This document shows, one piece after another, positions 42,813-55,001 of a stretch of DNA of 64,000 nt. The notes below the pieces were generated by a model. That model did not search any database. It was not told the DNA's origin and was given only the letters and a program-made list of their open reading frames with translations. Position 1 is the stretch's first letter, and the number at the start of each line of letters is the position of its first letter. The stretch comes from Cyanophora paradoxa CCMP329. Taxonomy: Eukaryota; Plantae; Glaucophyta. The translations under genes were made by a program, and so were the position numbers. Location of the stretch: contig QPMI01000408.1 of NCBI GenBank assembly GCA_004431415.1, positions 124,001 through 188,000 on the forward strand. The letters run 5' to 3'.

Positions 42813-43193
42813 ATGGCACACGCCATCCCGCCGACCCCGAATCCGTCCATCTTGGAGCGCGCGGGCTCGCAGCACGCCGTCTACCTCTTGCAGAGCGAAA
42901 AGTCGGGCGTCACCTACACCGGCTCTACCAGTTCCCTCGCCCGTCGCCTCCACGAGCACCAAACGGGCTCGATCCGCGGCGCCTATACCGTCGGACGCGG
43001 CCCCTGGCGGCTCGTCGCGGCCGTCTGGGGCTTTCCCGACGCCGCCGCGGCGCGCGCCTTTGAGAGAAAGGTAAAAAAGCGCTCCGGCGGCGCCGATCGC
43101 AAGCTGCGTGCCATGCAAACCCTCGCCCGCGGGGAGCCCGGCGCCCGGCTGGCGTTCGAGCTCGCCGAGGCCTCGCGTGCAGCAGATGATTGA
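42813..43193 (+). CDS. GIY-YIG nuclease (SLX1-like)
   Basis: VYLLQS..TYTGST..RRLHEH..GAYT..PW.LVA.V.GF..ARAFE. Confidence 0.88.
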   Translation: MAHAIPPTPNPSILERAGSQHAVYLLQSEKSGVTYTGSTSSLARRLHEHQTGSIRGAYTVGRGPWRLVAAVWGFPDAAAARAFERKVKKRSGGADRKLRAMQTLARGEPGARLAFELAEASRAADD

Positions 43194-43199
43194 CCTTGA

Positions 43200-46100
43200 C
43201 ACAAACGCGACTGGAACCTGACTGCGAGCGCGCCTACGAGCTCTCCGGCGCCACCTTGACCTTCTTCCGCTCCTCCCGGTAGAAGTCCAGAGCTTCCTTG
43301 TACGTCTGGCTCTCGAAGAACGAGTTCCCGAATTCGTACGGCGGTGCCTGCGTCGGACGCGCGCAGCACGCGTCGGCAAACGGCAAAGGCACCGCCGGAA
43401 CCGAAACGGGGGGCACGGGGCGCACCCGGAAGAAGCCGAGGACAAACGCGTCGACCTTGATCTTGTCCGAAGACAGGACCCGAGTTGGCTCGCCCCGCGC
43501 GGCCGTAGCTCCCGACACCGGCGCCGTCCGCTCCTCCCGGAAGAAATCAATGACTTCCTTGTACGTCTGCTGCTCGAAGAACTGGTTCTCGACCTTGTAG
43601 GGCGGGGCCTGCCGAAGGGCCCGCGCGTCGGCACCCGCCACCTCGAATGGACGCGCGGGGCACGGCGCGCACCCGGAAGAAGCCGGCGATGGAAGCCTCG
43701 ACCTTGTACTTGTCCGAAGACAGGGCCGGCGCCGGCTCCTCCTTTGCGATGGGCTCCGCGGCTGCAGCGCTTTCGCCCGCCGGGCCGGGGCCGGCGCCGT
43801 CCCCCGACCCCTCTGCGGCAGTCGCCTCGGGCGTCTTCGGCCTGCCGCTTAAAGTGAGCCTCGCGGGACGGGAGGGTGCACTCGAGAGGACGGCCGCACG
43901 GGTCCTTCTCGTCGGCGCCGGAGCGACCGCGCTTCCGAGCCTCGGCCGGGGCAGGCGATTCCGAATCGCGCTCTCCAGATCTGCTTGTGCGGGTCACGAG
44001 GGGCGCTCGAGCAGGGCGCCGGAGTCGACGCGGCTCACCCCCGTTTCTTCCTTGTGATCGGCGCCGAGCTGCTCCCGTCGGCTCCGCCCACCATTGCGGC
44101 CGCGGCTTCGCCCTTTGCCGGCGCGATCCTCTTCGGCCGCAACTCCTCGATCGCCTCCTTCTTGGCACTCGACGCCGGCGGGCGCGCCTTCCGCCCGGGC
44201 GGCCGCACCGCCTCCAGGTTGATCAGCGGTTTCTTCAGGAAGCTCGGCGGGTTGCGGCGCCTGCGCTCAGCGGGTCAGCCCGCCACCGGCCGAGCCCGAA
44301 ACTCGCACGTACAAGTACTGCTGGAGGGTCGAGTCCGGGAGGTTCGTCCAGTTCTCCGCGTACTTTGCGCCCCTGCTCGACCGGGCGTCGGGGAGACACG
44401 CCAGGGGGCGGGCTTGGGGCGAGGTGGTGGCGCGCACGAGCACGGCTTCCACTTCTCCTTCCTCGCGAGGAGAACGAGGGCGCCGAGAGCTGCCGGCTTC
44501 GCCGTGGGTTTGTACTTGTCCGCGATCCCCTTGGCGTGCTTCTGGAGCGTCCTGATGAAGAAGTCGCCTCCCGGTGTGAAGAAGGACTGGTTGCTAAAGG
44601 TCTCCTTCCTGCGCGGCACTGCGCGTGAGCGGGGCGGTCGAGCTGCCCGGAGGGGGCCGGGCAAGCGCGCACAGGGCGTCCTTGTCCTCGATCTCTGCCT
44701 TCTCGATGTCCTTCGCGATCTCCTCGTCAGCTTCCGGGGCCTCTGAGGATTCCTTCGCCTCGGTCCCTGCGCAACGCAGCGGCGTCGGCGGCGGAAGAGC
44801 GGGGGCGCCAACGCGCAGCGCGCGCGCGTCGCACCGGCGTGCTCGGCGCGGTGCTTCCGCGCGCGGGCGCCGCGCTTCTTCAAGCCCGAGGGCTCGGGAT
44901 GGGCGGCCTCGTCCCCGCCCTTGGACGGGCCGGCGTCTTCGTCCTCCGTGACCTCCTGGTCGACGTCCTCGTCTTCCCCGTCCTCGTCATCCTCGTCCTC
45001 GTCCTCCTCTTCCTCGGCCTCCTCGTCCTCGCCCGCCTCGTTGCCGGCCTCCTCGCGAATCCTCTTAAGCAGCTCGGGTACGACCCCGCCGCTGCTGCGC
45101 AGAACCGTGAGCGGCTCCCCGGCGCGCGTGGGGCGGCGCGCACCAGTGCTCGATGTTCTCGCCCCGGGCGACGCAGTCCCGGGCCAGGAGCTCGCGGAGC
45201 TCGTCTAGCGTCGCCCGCGCGTTGTAATCGATGTTCCTCGCCGCGAGCGCCCTGGTGACTCCCGCCATGTTCCGGAACGCGCTCGCCGGGACCCGCTTGG
45301 GCCTGCGGACGGCGGTGAGGGGAGGGAACGCGCGGCGGACGGGGGCGCGCGCACTCGGACGAGGCGGGCTCCTCCTTGATCTTCCGGGCGGCGGGCGCGC
45401 CCTCGCCGGCCGACGACACGGGGGCGCCCCGCTTCCCGCTGCTGCCCCGCCGTCCGGCGTCGGACGGGGTCGATGGACCTGGGGTCTCGACCTTTGGCTC
45501 GGCCGGGGCGCGGGACGGCTGCTGCTGGCCATGGGCGGCGGACGCCGGCGGGAACATCGGGCGAGGGAGCTCCGGGGGCGCGCCGAATGGCTTCAGGATC
45601 TCGCTCGCGCCCGACGACGTGATGAGCTCGCCCACCGCAAAGTGAGACCTGCACTTGAGGCACTTCTCGACGGCGAGGCCCGTGTTGAGCGGCCGAGGCG
45701 AGGACGCCGAGGAGCACTTCGGGCACCAGGCGCCCTCGCGGGGAACGACGTACAGACCAAAGTTGAACTCCGAGAGGGACGCGCCCTTGTACCGCCCCGT
45801 CAGCTTGCTGCGGACGTCCGGGATGAAGAGCAGCTGCATAGCTGCGTATTCGCGGGCGCGGCGACGTCGGCGGCGGCGCGGCGGACGCCGGAAGGCGCAG
45901 GGCGCACCGAGCCATGCTTGGCGCCTCATGCAGAGCGCGATGGCCTCTAGCTCCTCGTCGGGCAAGGATGACCAGGGACTCCCGCGGGAAGCGCGCACGG
46001 TCGACTGCGGCGCGGTGCGTCTCAGGGGACGCGGCGGAGCTCGAAGCAACGCAGGCAACGCACCACAAAGGTCTTCGGCTCGTAGCGCGTGTCGCGCTGC

Positions 46101-46228
46101 TGCCACGCGGCGAACATCTTAGCGTCGTCGTACGGCTCCGTGTCCGAGAGGCCGAGGATGTAAAAGGGGTTGCCTATGTGCGACCCCCACCCGCGGACCG
46201 TCGGCGGCTCCAAATCCGCCGCCGCCAT
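43200..46228 (-). CDS. Multi-exon hypothetical gene with CxxC pairs and a repeated C-terminal module (exon boundaries unresolved)
   Basis: Coding-like blocks in different frames: CLRC, CPKC..CLKC, and duplicated DK.KV....GFFRVR.VP / PPY...N.FFE.QTYKE..DF.REER. Confidence 0.5.
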
Positions 46229-46267
46229 TCCTCGATCTAGAAAGTGCGTACCCGTCTGCGGGCAGAG

Positions 46268-47583
46268 ATGCGGACCCGCGGCGCGGCCTCTCAGGCCCGC
46301 AAGGCGTATCTAGTCAAGCTCAGAAAGCGCCCCAGCGGCGTGAAAGTGCGGGCGGCGCCGGCGGAGACGAAGCGGCCCGAAACCGCGAAGCGACCGGATC
46401 CGCTCTCCGCTATGGGCGCAATGTTTGCGGTACTCTCGCAGCTAGTGTTCGACCAGACCGAGCCCGTCGTCTGCCGGCACCCCGGCTGCGACCGTCTCAC
46501 GAAGACGACGCCGTACTGTGAGTGGCACCTCGCGAGCGACCGCGGCGTGCGTCCGCCCACCAGCGAGCTCGAAACCACGCTCCGAGACGAACGTGCACGC
46601 GCAGCTAGCCGTCCGGCTCTCGGACATCCCGAACGCGGGATTCGGGCTCTTCGCCACCTTTGTCCCGGGGCGGATCAAGCTCGACAGGCGCTGGTGGGAG
46701 GCGAAGATCCGCCACGGCAGGCCCCTCGTCTTCAGGGCGGGCGATCTGGTCTGCAAGTACGACGGGTCGGTCGCGCCGCGCCGGCCTATGCCTAGGGCTA
46801 GACCCGCGCGCGCGCCTCGCCGAGCCCGATCGAGCCCCTCCCGCCGCAGGGTTCTCATCCCGGTGGCGCAACGAAGCGACCGAGATCGACTCTCGCTAAC
46901 CGGTCGCTCGATGTGCGCCCCGTGGCCTCCGACCGTCCTCCTCTCCCCCCGCCGACCCCGGGCCGCAGCTGGGCGCTCGAGCTCGGAAAGAGCGGGACGG
47001 TCGTCGACGCGAGCGACACGACTGCGATCGGGCGCTACGTCAACTCGGCCTACGGCACAGGTCGAAAGAAGAACGTCCGATTCAGTCAGAACGGTCGCGG
47101 CGCGTTCATCGCCACCGAGGACATCTTCGACGGAGACGAGGTGCGGTGGCCGCGCGCGGCGGGGCCCGCCAGGGGGCTGATTGCGTACGGGACCAGATTC
47201 TCACCAAGTACGGGCCCGCGTGGATGAAGACGGCCCGGCAGATGCTCGCGAGGGCCGAGAAGACCGGCAAGCTGTACGAGTACGAGCGGCGGGAGGACGT
47301 GCCCGTCTCGCAGGCGGTGCGGGCGCGCGCGGAGCGGGCCCAGCGCCGCGGCGACGGCTGCGGAGAGGCGGAGCGCTCGGCGGAGCCCGCGGGCCGGGCG
47401 GTCGATGGGCGGCGGCCCGACGCCCCGCGCGCGCCCTGGGCGGCGGCCCACGGGGAGCCGTCCCCGGCCCCCTGGGCGGTTTCCTCGCCCCCGTCGGCCC
47501 CGTGGCACGAGCCCCTCACGTCGGTCTCGGGATCCGGACCGGCGGAGGGGACGGCGGCGCCCTGGGTCTGCTCGTGGGCGTAG
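46268..47583 (+). CDS. Spliced viral-type SET-domain protein with N-terminal Zn-binding motif
   Basis: CRHPGC..YCEWH, SDIPNAGFGLFA, GRYVNS..NVRF, IFDGDE|ILTKYG; introns e.g. 46547-46604 and 47141-47196. Start uncertain. Confidence 0.78.
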
Positions 47584-47993
47584 CCGACGGCGGGGGTGCC
47601 GGGCGGCCGGAGGCTCTTTACGTTCGAGCTCCCACTCGCCGCGACGAGCTCGAATGCAAGGCCGCGGTGGTGCTAGGCCCCGTCCCTTCCATAGTCGCGT
47701 AGATTAGCGTTCAATGTTCACTGGTCTATTTAGAAATGCAGCAAAACGTATGCACGTAGAGCCCGGAATAGATTTGGATGCATGCGGGTAAAGATTGCTT
47801 CCCATGATCATGACATCGACTCGCACACATGTACAGCTCAATTCATCTCAGGATAGAATTTTATCTTATAAAGCAACTTAGATCGATAAGCTCTTGCGGC
47901 ATTGATCGACTTGATTATCATTTGGTCGTATCGCGAAAACACTAACGGAACATGGAGCGACGGGAAAGACCGCTGCGCTCTACCTTCGTAATT

Positions 47994-48833
47994 TTTTTTT
48001 GAAAGTCTGCTGCATTCGTACACACTTGACAACAGTCCCCCGCTCCGGCGGCTCCACGCCTACCGGATACTGAGATGCTGACTGCAAGAGGAGATAGATA
48101 ACAAGAGTGCTACAGCTAGTAGTCGTGTCGAGCTAGTGCCTTAGCTGTAGTCTACCGAGTCGTCTCCAGAACATAATATGCGCCGGTCCTCTAGCAGTGA
48201 GCGCGGCAGAAAGATGTAGGCCCAGAAAACCGGAGCCCCGTTAGTTAGGGCCCGGATGAAAAACTGGTGGTCGCGCAGCAAGAGCCGCGCTCCTCAGCCG
48301 CCTCCACGGCGAGCGCTGAGTCCAGAGTCGCCGCCAGCCGCCGAGCTGCAGCGCCGCGCAGCGAGCCGCGCGTCAACATCGCGGGCAGCTGCAGCTGGGC
48401 GCGGCATCGCCAATGCCCGGCGGGAACCCAGGCTGGTCGGCGGGAGCCGAGCAGCACGCCATCTCCTCCAGAGCCCGAGCACCGCGCCCTTCTCTGCGTC
48501 GCTCCTCCTACTGCCGCGGCCAGCTTGGTCCGCCCTCGCTAGATTTGCGCCTAGACATGCTGGAACGCGCGGGCGCTGTTGCGCAGAGCGGCGCCGACGC
48601 AGAGAAGCCCGAACTAGAGGCAATGAGCACTGCTGAGACCGCTGATCTGACCTGGGGGCCGCACGCCCAACCGCGCCCGCCGACGAACGAATCGCCTAAC
48701 GGACACTGCGGCTAAGCGGCTAGAAGCGCTTCTAGACCTTACTGAGGCGACCTGTGCCCTCCGGGCGCGCGCCCGGCTGGCGCTTCTCCCGCCCCGCCGA
48801 CCTACGTTGCGCGCCCTTCCCGGGGTACAGAAT
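47994..48833 (-). mobile_element. Possible 840-bp retroposed insertion
   Basis: 17-bp direct repeat GCTCTACCTTCGTAATT at 47977-47993 and 48834-48850, with a T-run immediately inside the left copy. Confidence 0.45.
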
Positions 48834-51100
48834 GCTCTACCTTCGTAATTATCTGACGGCAGATATGACATGTAAGTTCATTTTTTGAAGCTTTTCTTCT
48901 TTTGATTATGCACTCGACACAGATACGCCGATTTCCAACTTCCCCTGTTTCTGCATCGTCCTTGCATACACAGCCTTGGAGTATCGGGAGGTCGCGGCGG
49001 ACGAACGAGTCGTCGCATATAATGCAGTTTCGATAGGATTCCTCCGTTATCGAGCTTGTGCTGAAATCGACGGTGATAATTTCGAGCGTCCCATCGACAA
49101 CGACAACCTTTGCGTTGTCAATCAAGCGTTCGCGGGGCTGCAGTCCGGCACCCTTGAGGACGTCTTCATGGTGTACGTGGCCCGGACACTTTGCGACGAA
49201 GCTTCCACCCATTGCTGTTGCGGAGATAAAGTCAAATTTCGAAGGAAGACGACTCTCTGGAGATTATTATTGATCCATGGACGCACCAGACGGCGACCCT
49301 CTTGACGGGTCCACCCTGCTCGCGCTCGCAAAGATTCTTGTCGTAGAAGTAATCGCGTTTCGTAGCCGACGGCTTCTTGAAATGGCGCCCATCACAGTCG
49401 CCCGGAAGAGCAGGATCCGACGCTCGGCGAGCCGCGACGCAATCGGTACAGCGCCAGTCGTGGTTGTACTTGATGCTTTGGAGAACCGACGACGGGATGC
49501 AGCCGAAATGTGCCTTCTGCCCGCAAAGGATCGGAACGAATCCATACTTTTGCGATTTCTTGTATTCCACGATTCCGCGGCTGCCGTCGAGGTTAGCTGG
49601 ACGATTGCTCGAATGCAGCGCGGACCACGCTCCGAAATATCCTCGAGTGAAAGGTCTTACCACGTCATAGGAGCGAGCATGGCGCTCACCGTTCCCCCCT
49701 TCTCCATTGCATAATCGAGCCGAACCTCCCGCTTGCACGATGAATAACAACAGAAGTCCTGTTTCCTCGGCTCCGTTAGTGGCGCCGAGGCCTCCTCCAG
49801 AATCTGCAGATCGCTGATCAAAGGCTAACTCAAATCTTCCATCGAATGCGAGTCGGAAACACACCTCGAGATCGTCGATTACATCGTCACTTTTTGAGCT
49901 TGCAGTATGGGTCTGCTGCATCGAGCTCGAGGCGCCTGCGGCTGGCACGGCCGCCTGCGCCGATGTTGCGTTGGAGGTACCGTCGTCTTCGAGATCCATT
50001 GGAGCGACCGAAACATCTGGATCTGTGCGCGCATTTCGTATAAAGCATAATTGGTTTTCGCAATTAACCGAACGCGATTCCTTTCACCTGGGTTCTTCGC
50101 TGCCTTGGTGAGGTAGCTGATGAGTTTCATCCAAGTGCCGCCTCGATTGCGGCGTTCGATATCAACCGCGTCGGTTTTCGAGTGACTAGAAGAAGCCCTT
50201 GTAGAATCGAACGCCAACTGGAAGCAGAAGCGGTGTATCAGTTGCGCGGAGCTCGAGCGCAGCGACGAAAAGGAATTCGATGACCGATCCGCACCTGACG
50301 ATAACGGGCGGTCGCAAGGCGAATAAGACGACCGATATCTGTAGCCTCTGGGACGTGTAGAAGCCTACAGTACTTGTGAAAGTCGATGAGTTTCTGCCGA
50401 ACGCGTGGGCATCAGCTTCAGCTCCAGCTCTCCTAGGGAAAAGGCACGAAACCTCGGGTCCATCGTCCAAATAGTAATCGTCCAAAGCGTCTCCACGGAA
50501 GACGTGCCCAAGAATATTGTTCAAAATTTGCAGTCGCGTCTCCGGATCCACCCTGGCCTCCAGGTCGATGTACCGGGGCCCGTTTGAGCCCAAACCGCCC
50601 ACAACCACGGTGATTCCACGCTCAAGCAAAGTTGTTAGAATCTTAGGTGCGGTCTCGGAAATGTGCGCGTTGAACACCGGATCGGCGCGGCTGAGGATCT
50701 CTAGGTCCTTCAAACTCTCCCCAACCACACCCGAGTGGTGAAGATAGGCCCTCTGAACGATTGCATCCGTGATGTCGCCGACCGCGGCTCGAAGTCCGTG
50801 CTCCCCAACCCGACACCGCCTCGGCGCCGAGAGAACCGTCTGCAGCCACCACATTTTGGAGTCGTCCTCGGAGAGTTCCTAGCTCGACCGTAAGTCCTAG
50901 CTCCGCAGCGCATCGCTGTATAAAAATCGAGCTCGAGCGCGCACCCCATCTTGTGTGACGATAAGTTGATGAGCTCGCCCGGCAAAAACATCGAAGAGAA
51001 TGTCAGATACGTCCCGTTGAAGCACCTCATTTGCCACTGGAACGCCGTTGGCATCAAAGTGACCTGCGAGACACATCCGGTTTGCTTGCCCGCGTACATC
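48802..51100 (-). CDS. Multi-exon gene region with PHD-like and RING-like zinc fingers
   Basis: HFGC..DWRCTDC near 49440-49520; CIIC..CVC..CVEC..CHIC in 48802..49212. Splicing unresolved. Confidence 0.55.
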
Positions 51101-52484
51101 GACGCCCCACGCGCCAACGCGCACCATCGAACGCAACGGCCAGCAGCAGCTCGGCAACGGGCGCCGCGATGCTGGGGCGCGTGACGGCGGTGGAAACCTC
51201 GGTGAGCTTGAAACGTGCCGATCCGGACTCCTCGTCCCTGTCGAGGAGGGTGCGGTCCCAGAGCGGCGCACGGTTGAGGAGCCACGAAAGAATGTTGCGG
51301 GCGAGTCGAGCTGCGTCGAGGGGCGGCTCGTCGTCAGAGTGCTCCACCATCATCGACCACCAGAGAGCGTGGACGTCGAGATGCGCGATTTCCCAGCGCC
51401 GCCGGTCGATGAGCTCGCCCCGCGGTAGCTCGCGACGGCGCGCCCCCTCCTCGAGGAGAAATCGGAGCACCTCGACGCGGCCGTAGAGGGCCGCGAGGTA
51501 AAACGCCGGGTACTGGAGGCTGTAGCGGGGTTCGCGGCCGTCGAGGCGGACCGAGATCTTCGAGCAGAGGGCGCGGACGACGCCGGCGTAGCCACGCTCG
51601 GCTGCGAGGATCAGGGGGAGCCCCTTGAAGCTCGTCGCCGCGACGGCGACGTCCTCGCACACCGAAACGTCGACCGACTTGTCGTCGAGGAGCCTCGCGG
51701 CCAGCATCGGGCGATCCTGCAACGGGGACTCGCTCGTCAGGTCAGACGGGGCAGGGGAGCAGTGTTCGAGCTCGATGTCGAACCCTCCGCTCGGTTTATC
51801 GGCATTCGAGCTACGGGCGCAAGATTCAATGCTCGAACGAACCCTGCAGAGCGCGACGACGAGGGCGAGGCCGGTGGTGCGGGCCGGGTTCCCCATCGAC
51901 GGCTTGCGCAAAAGGTCCGCGATTTCGCAGGCGACGGGCTCGGTAATGTTGGTGTTGTACGCGAGAAGGACGAGGGCCGCGCTGCCGAGGGCGTCGCGCT
52001 TCGCGCCGGGCTCCTGAGCAGGTGCCGCGAAGCCGCACAGCTCGCGAATGCGCGCGATGGCGCGCGGGTCGCTCGCCTCTCGCACCGCCTTCAGAAGCTC
52101 AAAATCTGCGGAACTGACGCTGGATTGCTGCATCTGCAGCGCGGAATCGAGTTCGGCCGATACGCCGAGCCTGTCGAACAGGATCTGGCCTGGGGTAACG
52201 TGGGTGGCGTGCTGCAGCTGCCATATGAACTGAATCTTTCGCAGCTCGGCGTCCCGCTCCTCTGCCGAGCGGCGAACATAGGACACGCCACAATCATCGT
52301 TGATGTTGAACGTGAGGAAGGGATAGGGGTTGTACGGATTCTTGCCGCAATCGTCGGCGGCGGCAAAGTGCGGATGACGATCGCACATGCTCAGCCGGCT
52401 CGGGCTGCCGTCGAGAGAGTCGAGCACAGGTGTGCTGGATTCTGGGGAGCCGCGCTGGGCTGTAGACGCGTCCGCCATGGACAT
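51054..52484 (-). CDS. Ankyrin-repeat-containing protein (may be the first exon of the PHD/RING gene)
   Basis: PLILAAERGYAGVVRAL and AFYLAALYGRVEVLRFLLEEGA. Confidence 0.72.
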   Translation of the reverse strand: MSMADASTAQRGSPESSTPVLDSLDGSPSRLSMCDRHPHFAAADDCGKNPYNPYPFLTFNINDDCGVSYVRRSAEERDAELRKIQFIWQLQHATHVTPGQILFDRLGVSAELDSALQMQQSSVSSADFELLKAVREASDPRAIARIRELCGFAAPAQEPGAKRDALGSAALVLLAYNTNITEPVACEIADLLRKPSMGNPARTTGLALVVALCRVRSSIESCARSSNADKPSGGFDIELEHCSPAPSDLTSESPLQDRPMLAARLLDDKSVDVSVCEDVAVAATSFKGLPLILAAERGYAGVVRALCSKISVRLDGREPRYSLQYPAFYLAALYGRVEVLRFLLEEGARRRELPRGELIDRRRWEIAHLDVHALWWSMMVEHSDDEPPLDAARLARNILSWLLNRAPLWDRTLLDRDEESGSARFKLTEVSTAVTRPSIAAPVAELLLAVAFDGARWRVGRRCTRASKPDVSRRSL

Positions 52485-52545
52485 GGTGTCTGCCGGCGCT
52501 GCGGTGAGCGCGCGTCCCCGCTGGGCGGCGCTGGGTATGCGTTAA

Positions 52546-52780
52546 GCGTTACTCAGTACTGTGCGTACCGTCACGGCGTACGTACTGAGTAGTACTACCG
52601 CAGTACGGTACTACGGTCCTACGTGCCTACGGCTACTAGTAGTACTACGGTATACCGTAGTACGGTAGTAACACTGCCGCAGTGCGTACTACGGTATACG
52701 GCCCGGCGGTATCCGATGATCATAGTATACGCTGTACGCCGTACTACGGTACTACGCGTACGGTAGTACCGTAGTACGTC
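52546..52780. repeat. GTAC/TACGG-rich low-complexity tract
   Basis: Dense AGTACT, CGTACG and TACGGTA words. Confidence 0.75.
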
Positions 52781-53499
52781 TCGCCGTCGCAGAGTCTGCT
52801 TGCAATTGGCAATTGCATCAAGTTGCATGAGCTACACCGGTACCTATTCGGCATGAATGCGAATATCAATTACAAGCTATATATATATATTTATGTGCAG
52901 GAATACAAAATTAAATGTTTTATAGCATGCATATATATAGTTACGCTTATACACTTATACAATTACCAGCTATATATATATACCAAAATTATGTTCTAAC
53001 GTTCGATATCATGATCATGATTACAATTCTCGCATGTACACGTACCCAGCTCTAGCTGCGTTGCAGAGAGCGCGTAGCTATAGAGGCCGGCAGTGGCCCG
53101 GCCCGGCACTGCACCGTGGCACTGTGTCATGTGTGTGCGACTGTGACTCCAGCAGCTGCAACCTGCAGAATCAGTGCAGATGCAGTGCGCCGCGGTCGAA
53201 TTCGCCGAGTCGATCAAGCGCCGGGCTAGGCAGCTGAGTACTCGTGCGCATGCGCCCCAGCCGGCGCCGCGGCTGAGCCGCTCAGCCCATCCGATCATCT
53301 GATGATCATCCCATGAAGCACTGCGGCATATGGCATGGCCCGCCGCGCGCCACCCGCAGACCTGCTGGGCTGCAGCTGGTGACCGCGTGGCACGCGCGCG
53401 GGGCCGCGCACGCGTGCCACCGCCGGGCCTCGTCTGGTCATCGAGCATCGGATCATCGGGCATGATATCGATCGATCATCAAACTCCACCGATCCGCGG

Positions 53500-53870
53500 G
53501 GCCGCCCCGTATGGAGGCGCGCCGGCCAAATGACCCCAGCTCGCCCGCAGCTACTCGAACCCCACCGGTCCGCCGGGCCGCCCCGTATGGAGGCGCGCCG
53601 GCCAAATGACCCCAGCTCGCCCGCAGCTACTCGAACCCCACCGGTCCGCCGGGCCGCCCCGTATGGAGGCGCGCCGGCCAAATGACCCCAGCTCGCCCGC
53701 AGCAACTCGAACCCCACCGGTCCGCCGGGCCGCCCCGTCTAGAGGCGCGCCGGCCAAATGACCCCAGCTCGCCCGCAGCTACTCGAACCCCACCGATCCG
53801 CCGGGCCGCACCGTCTAGAGGCGCGCCGACCAAATGACCCCAGCTCGCCCGCAGCTACTTGAACCCCACC
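53500..53870 (+). repeat. 76-bp tandem repeat (about 5 copies), family A
   Basis: GGGCCGCCCCGTATGGAGGCGCGCCGGCCAAATGACCCCAGCTCGCCCGCAGCTACTCGAACCCCACCGGTCCGCC. Confidence 0.92.
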
Positions 53871-53957
53871 GATCGATGTCCGCTGCTTTTACAGTTCTTG
53901 TTATTGGTTGTCAAGAGTCCATATGACAAAACTATGACGAGTCTAGCGACGTGGACG

Positions 53958-54660
53958 CGAGCTGACGTCGAGACGGGGCTAGGTGGCCGTCCCCGCTCCA
54001 GAGGCATGGACGCGAGCCTCGGAGCTGACGTCGAGACGGGGCTAGGTGGCCGTCCCCGCTCCAGAGGCATGGACGCGAGCCTCGGAGCTGACGTCGAGAC
54101 GGGGCTAGGTGGCCGTCCCCGCTCCAGAGGCATGGACGCGAGCCTCGGAGCTGACGTCGAGACGGGGCTAGGTGGCCGTCCCCGCTCCAGAGGCATGGAC
54201 GCGAGCCTCGGAGCTGACGTCGAGACGGGGCTAGGTGGCCGTCCCCGCTCCAGAGGCATGGACGCGAGCCTCGGAGCTGACGTCGAGACGGGGCTAGGTG
54301 GCCGTCCCCGCTCCAGAGGCATGGACGCGAGCCTCGGAGCTGACGTCGAGACGGGGCTAGGTGGCCGTCCCCGCTCCAGAGGCATGGACGCGAGCCTCGG
54401 AGCTGACGTCGAGACGGGGCTAGGTGGCCGTCCCCGCTCCAGAGGCATGGACGCGAGCCTCGGAGCTGACGTCGAGACGGGGCTAGGTGGCCGTCCCCGC
54501 TCCAGAGGCATGGACGCGAGCCTCGGAGCTGACGTCGAGACGGGGCTAGGTGGCCGTCCCCGCTCCAGAGGCATGGACGCGAGCCTCGGAGCTGACGTCG
54601 AGACGGGGCTAGGTGGCCGTCCCCGCTCCAGAGGCATGGACGCGAGCCTCGGAGCTGACG
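53958..54660 (+). repeat. 63-bp minisatellite (about 11 copies), family B
   Basis: GAGCTGACGTCGAGACGGGGCTAGGTGGCCGTCCCCGCTCCAGAGGCATGGACGCGAGCCTCG. Confidence 0.95.
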
Positions 54661-55001
54661 CCCGCCTCAACTGGTCGGGGCCGCCCGAGCTCGCCCCAGA
54701 CAGTTAGCGCGAGCCCCATCATCCCCCGGTTTCGAGCATCCTTAGAATATAATCATCCTGAGGCGCCTGCTCCCCCTCAAAATCTCCTCCTGCGCACGGA
54801 AGCATCGACAACGGTGCCCACGCCGGCCGACGCCAGCACTCAGCCCCGCCCGCAGCACGGCAGAGGGCACCGCGGGCGGCATTTGCGTCCAAAATTTCAC
54901 TTCGAGTTTTACATTGCATCGACGTGCCCCGTACATCGGGGCGCGATTCAAAACTTTGTTCGAGCGCTACAACATCAAAATGTAAAGATCGAGCCCCACG
55001 G

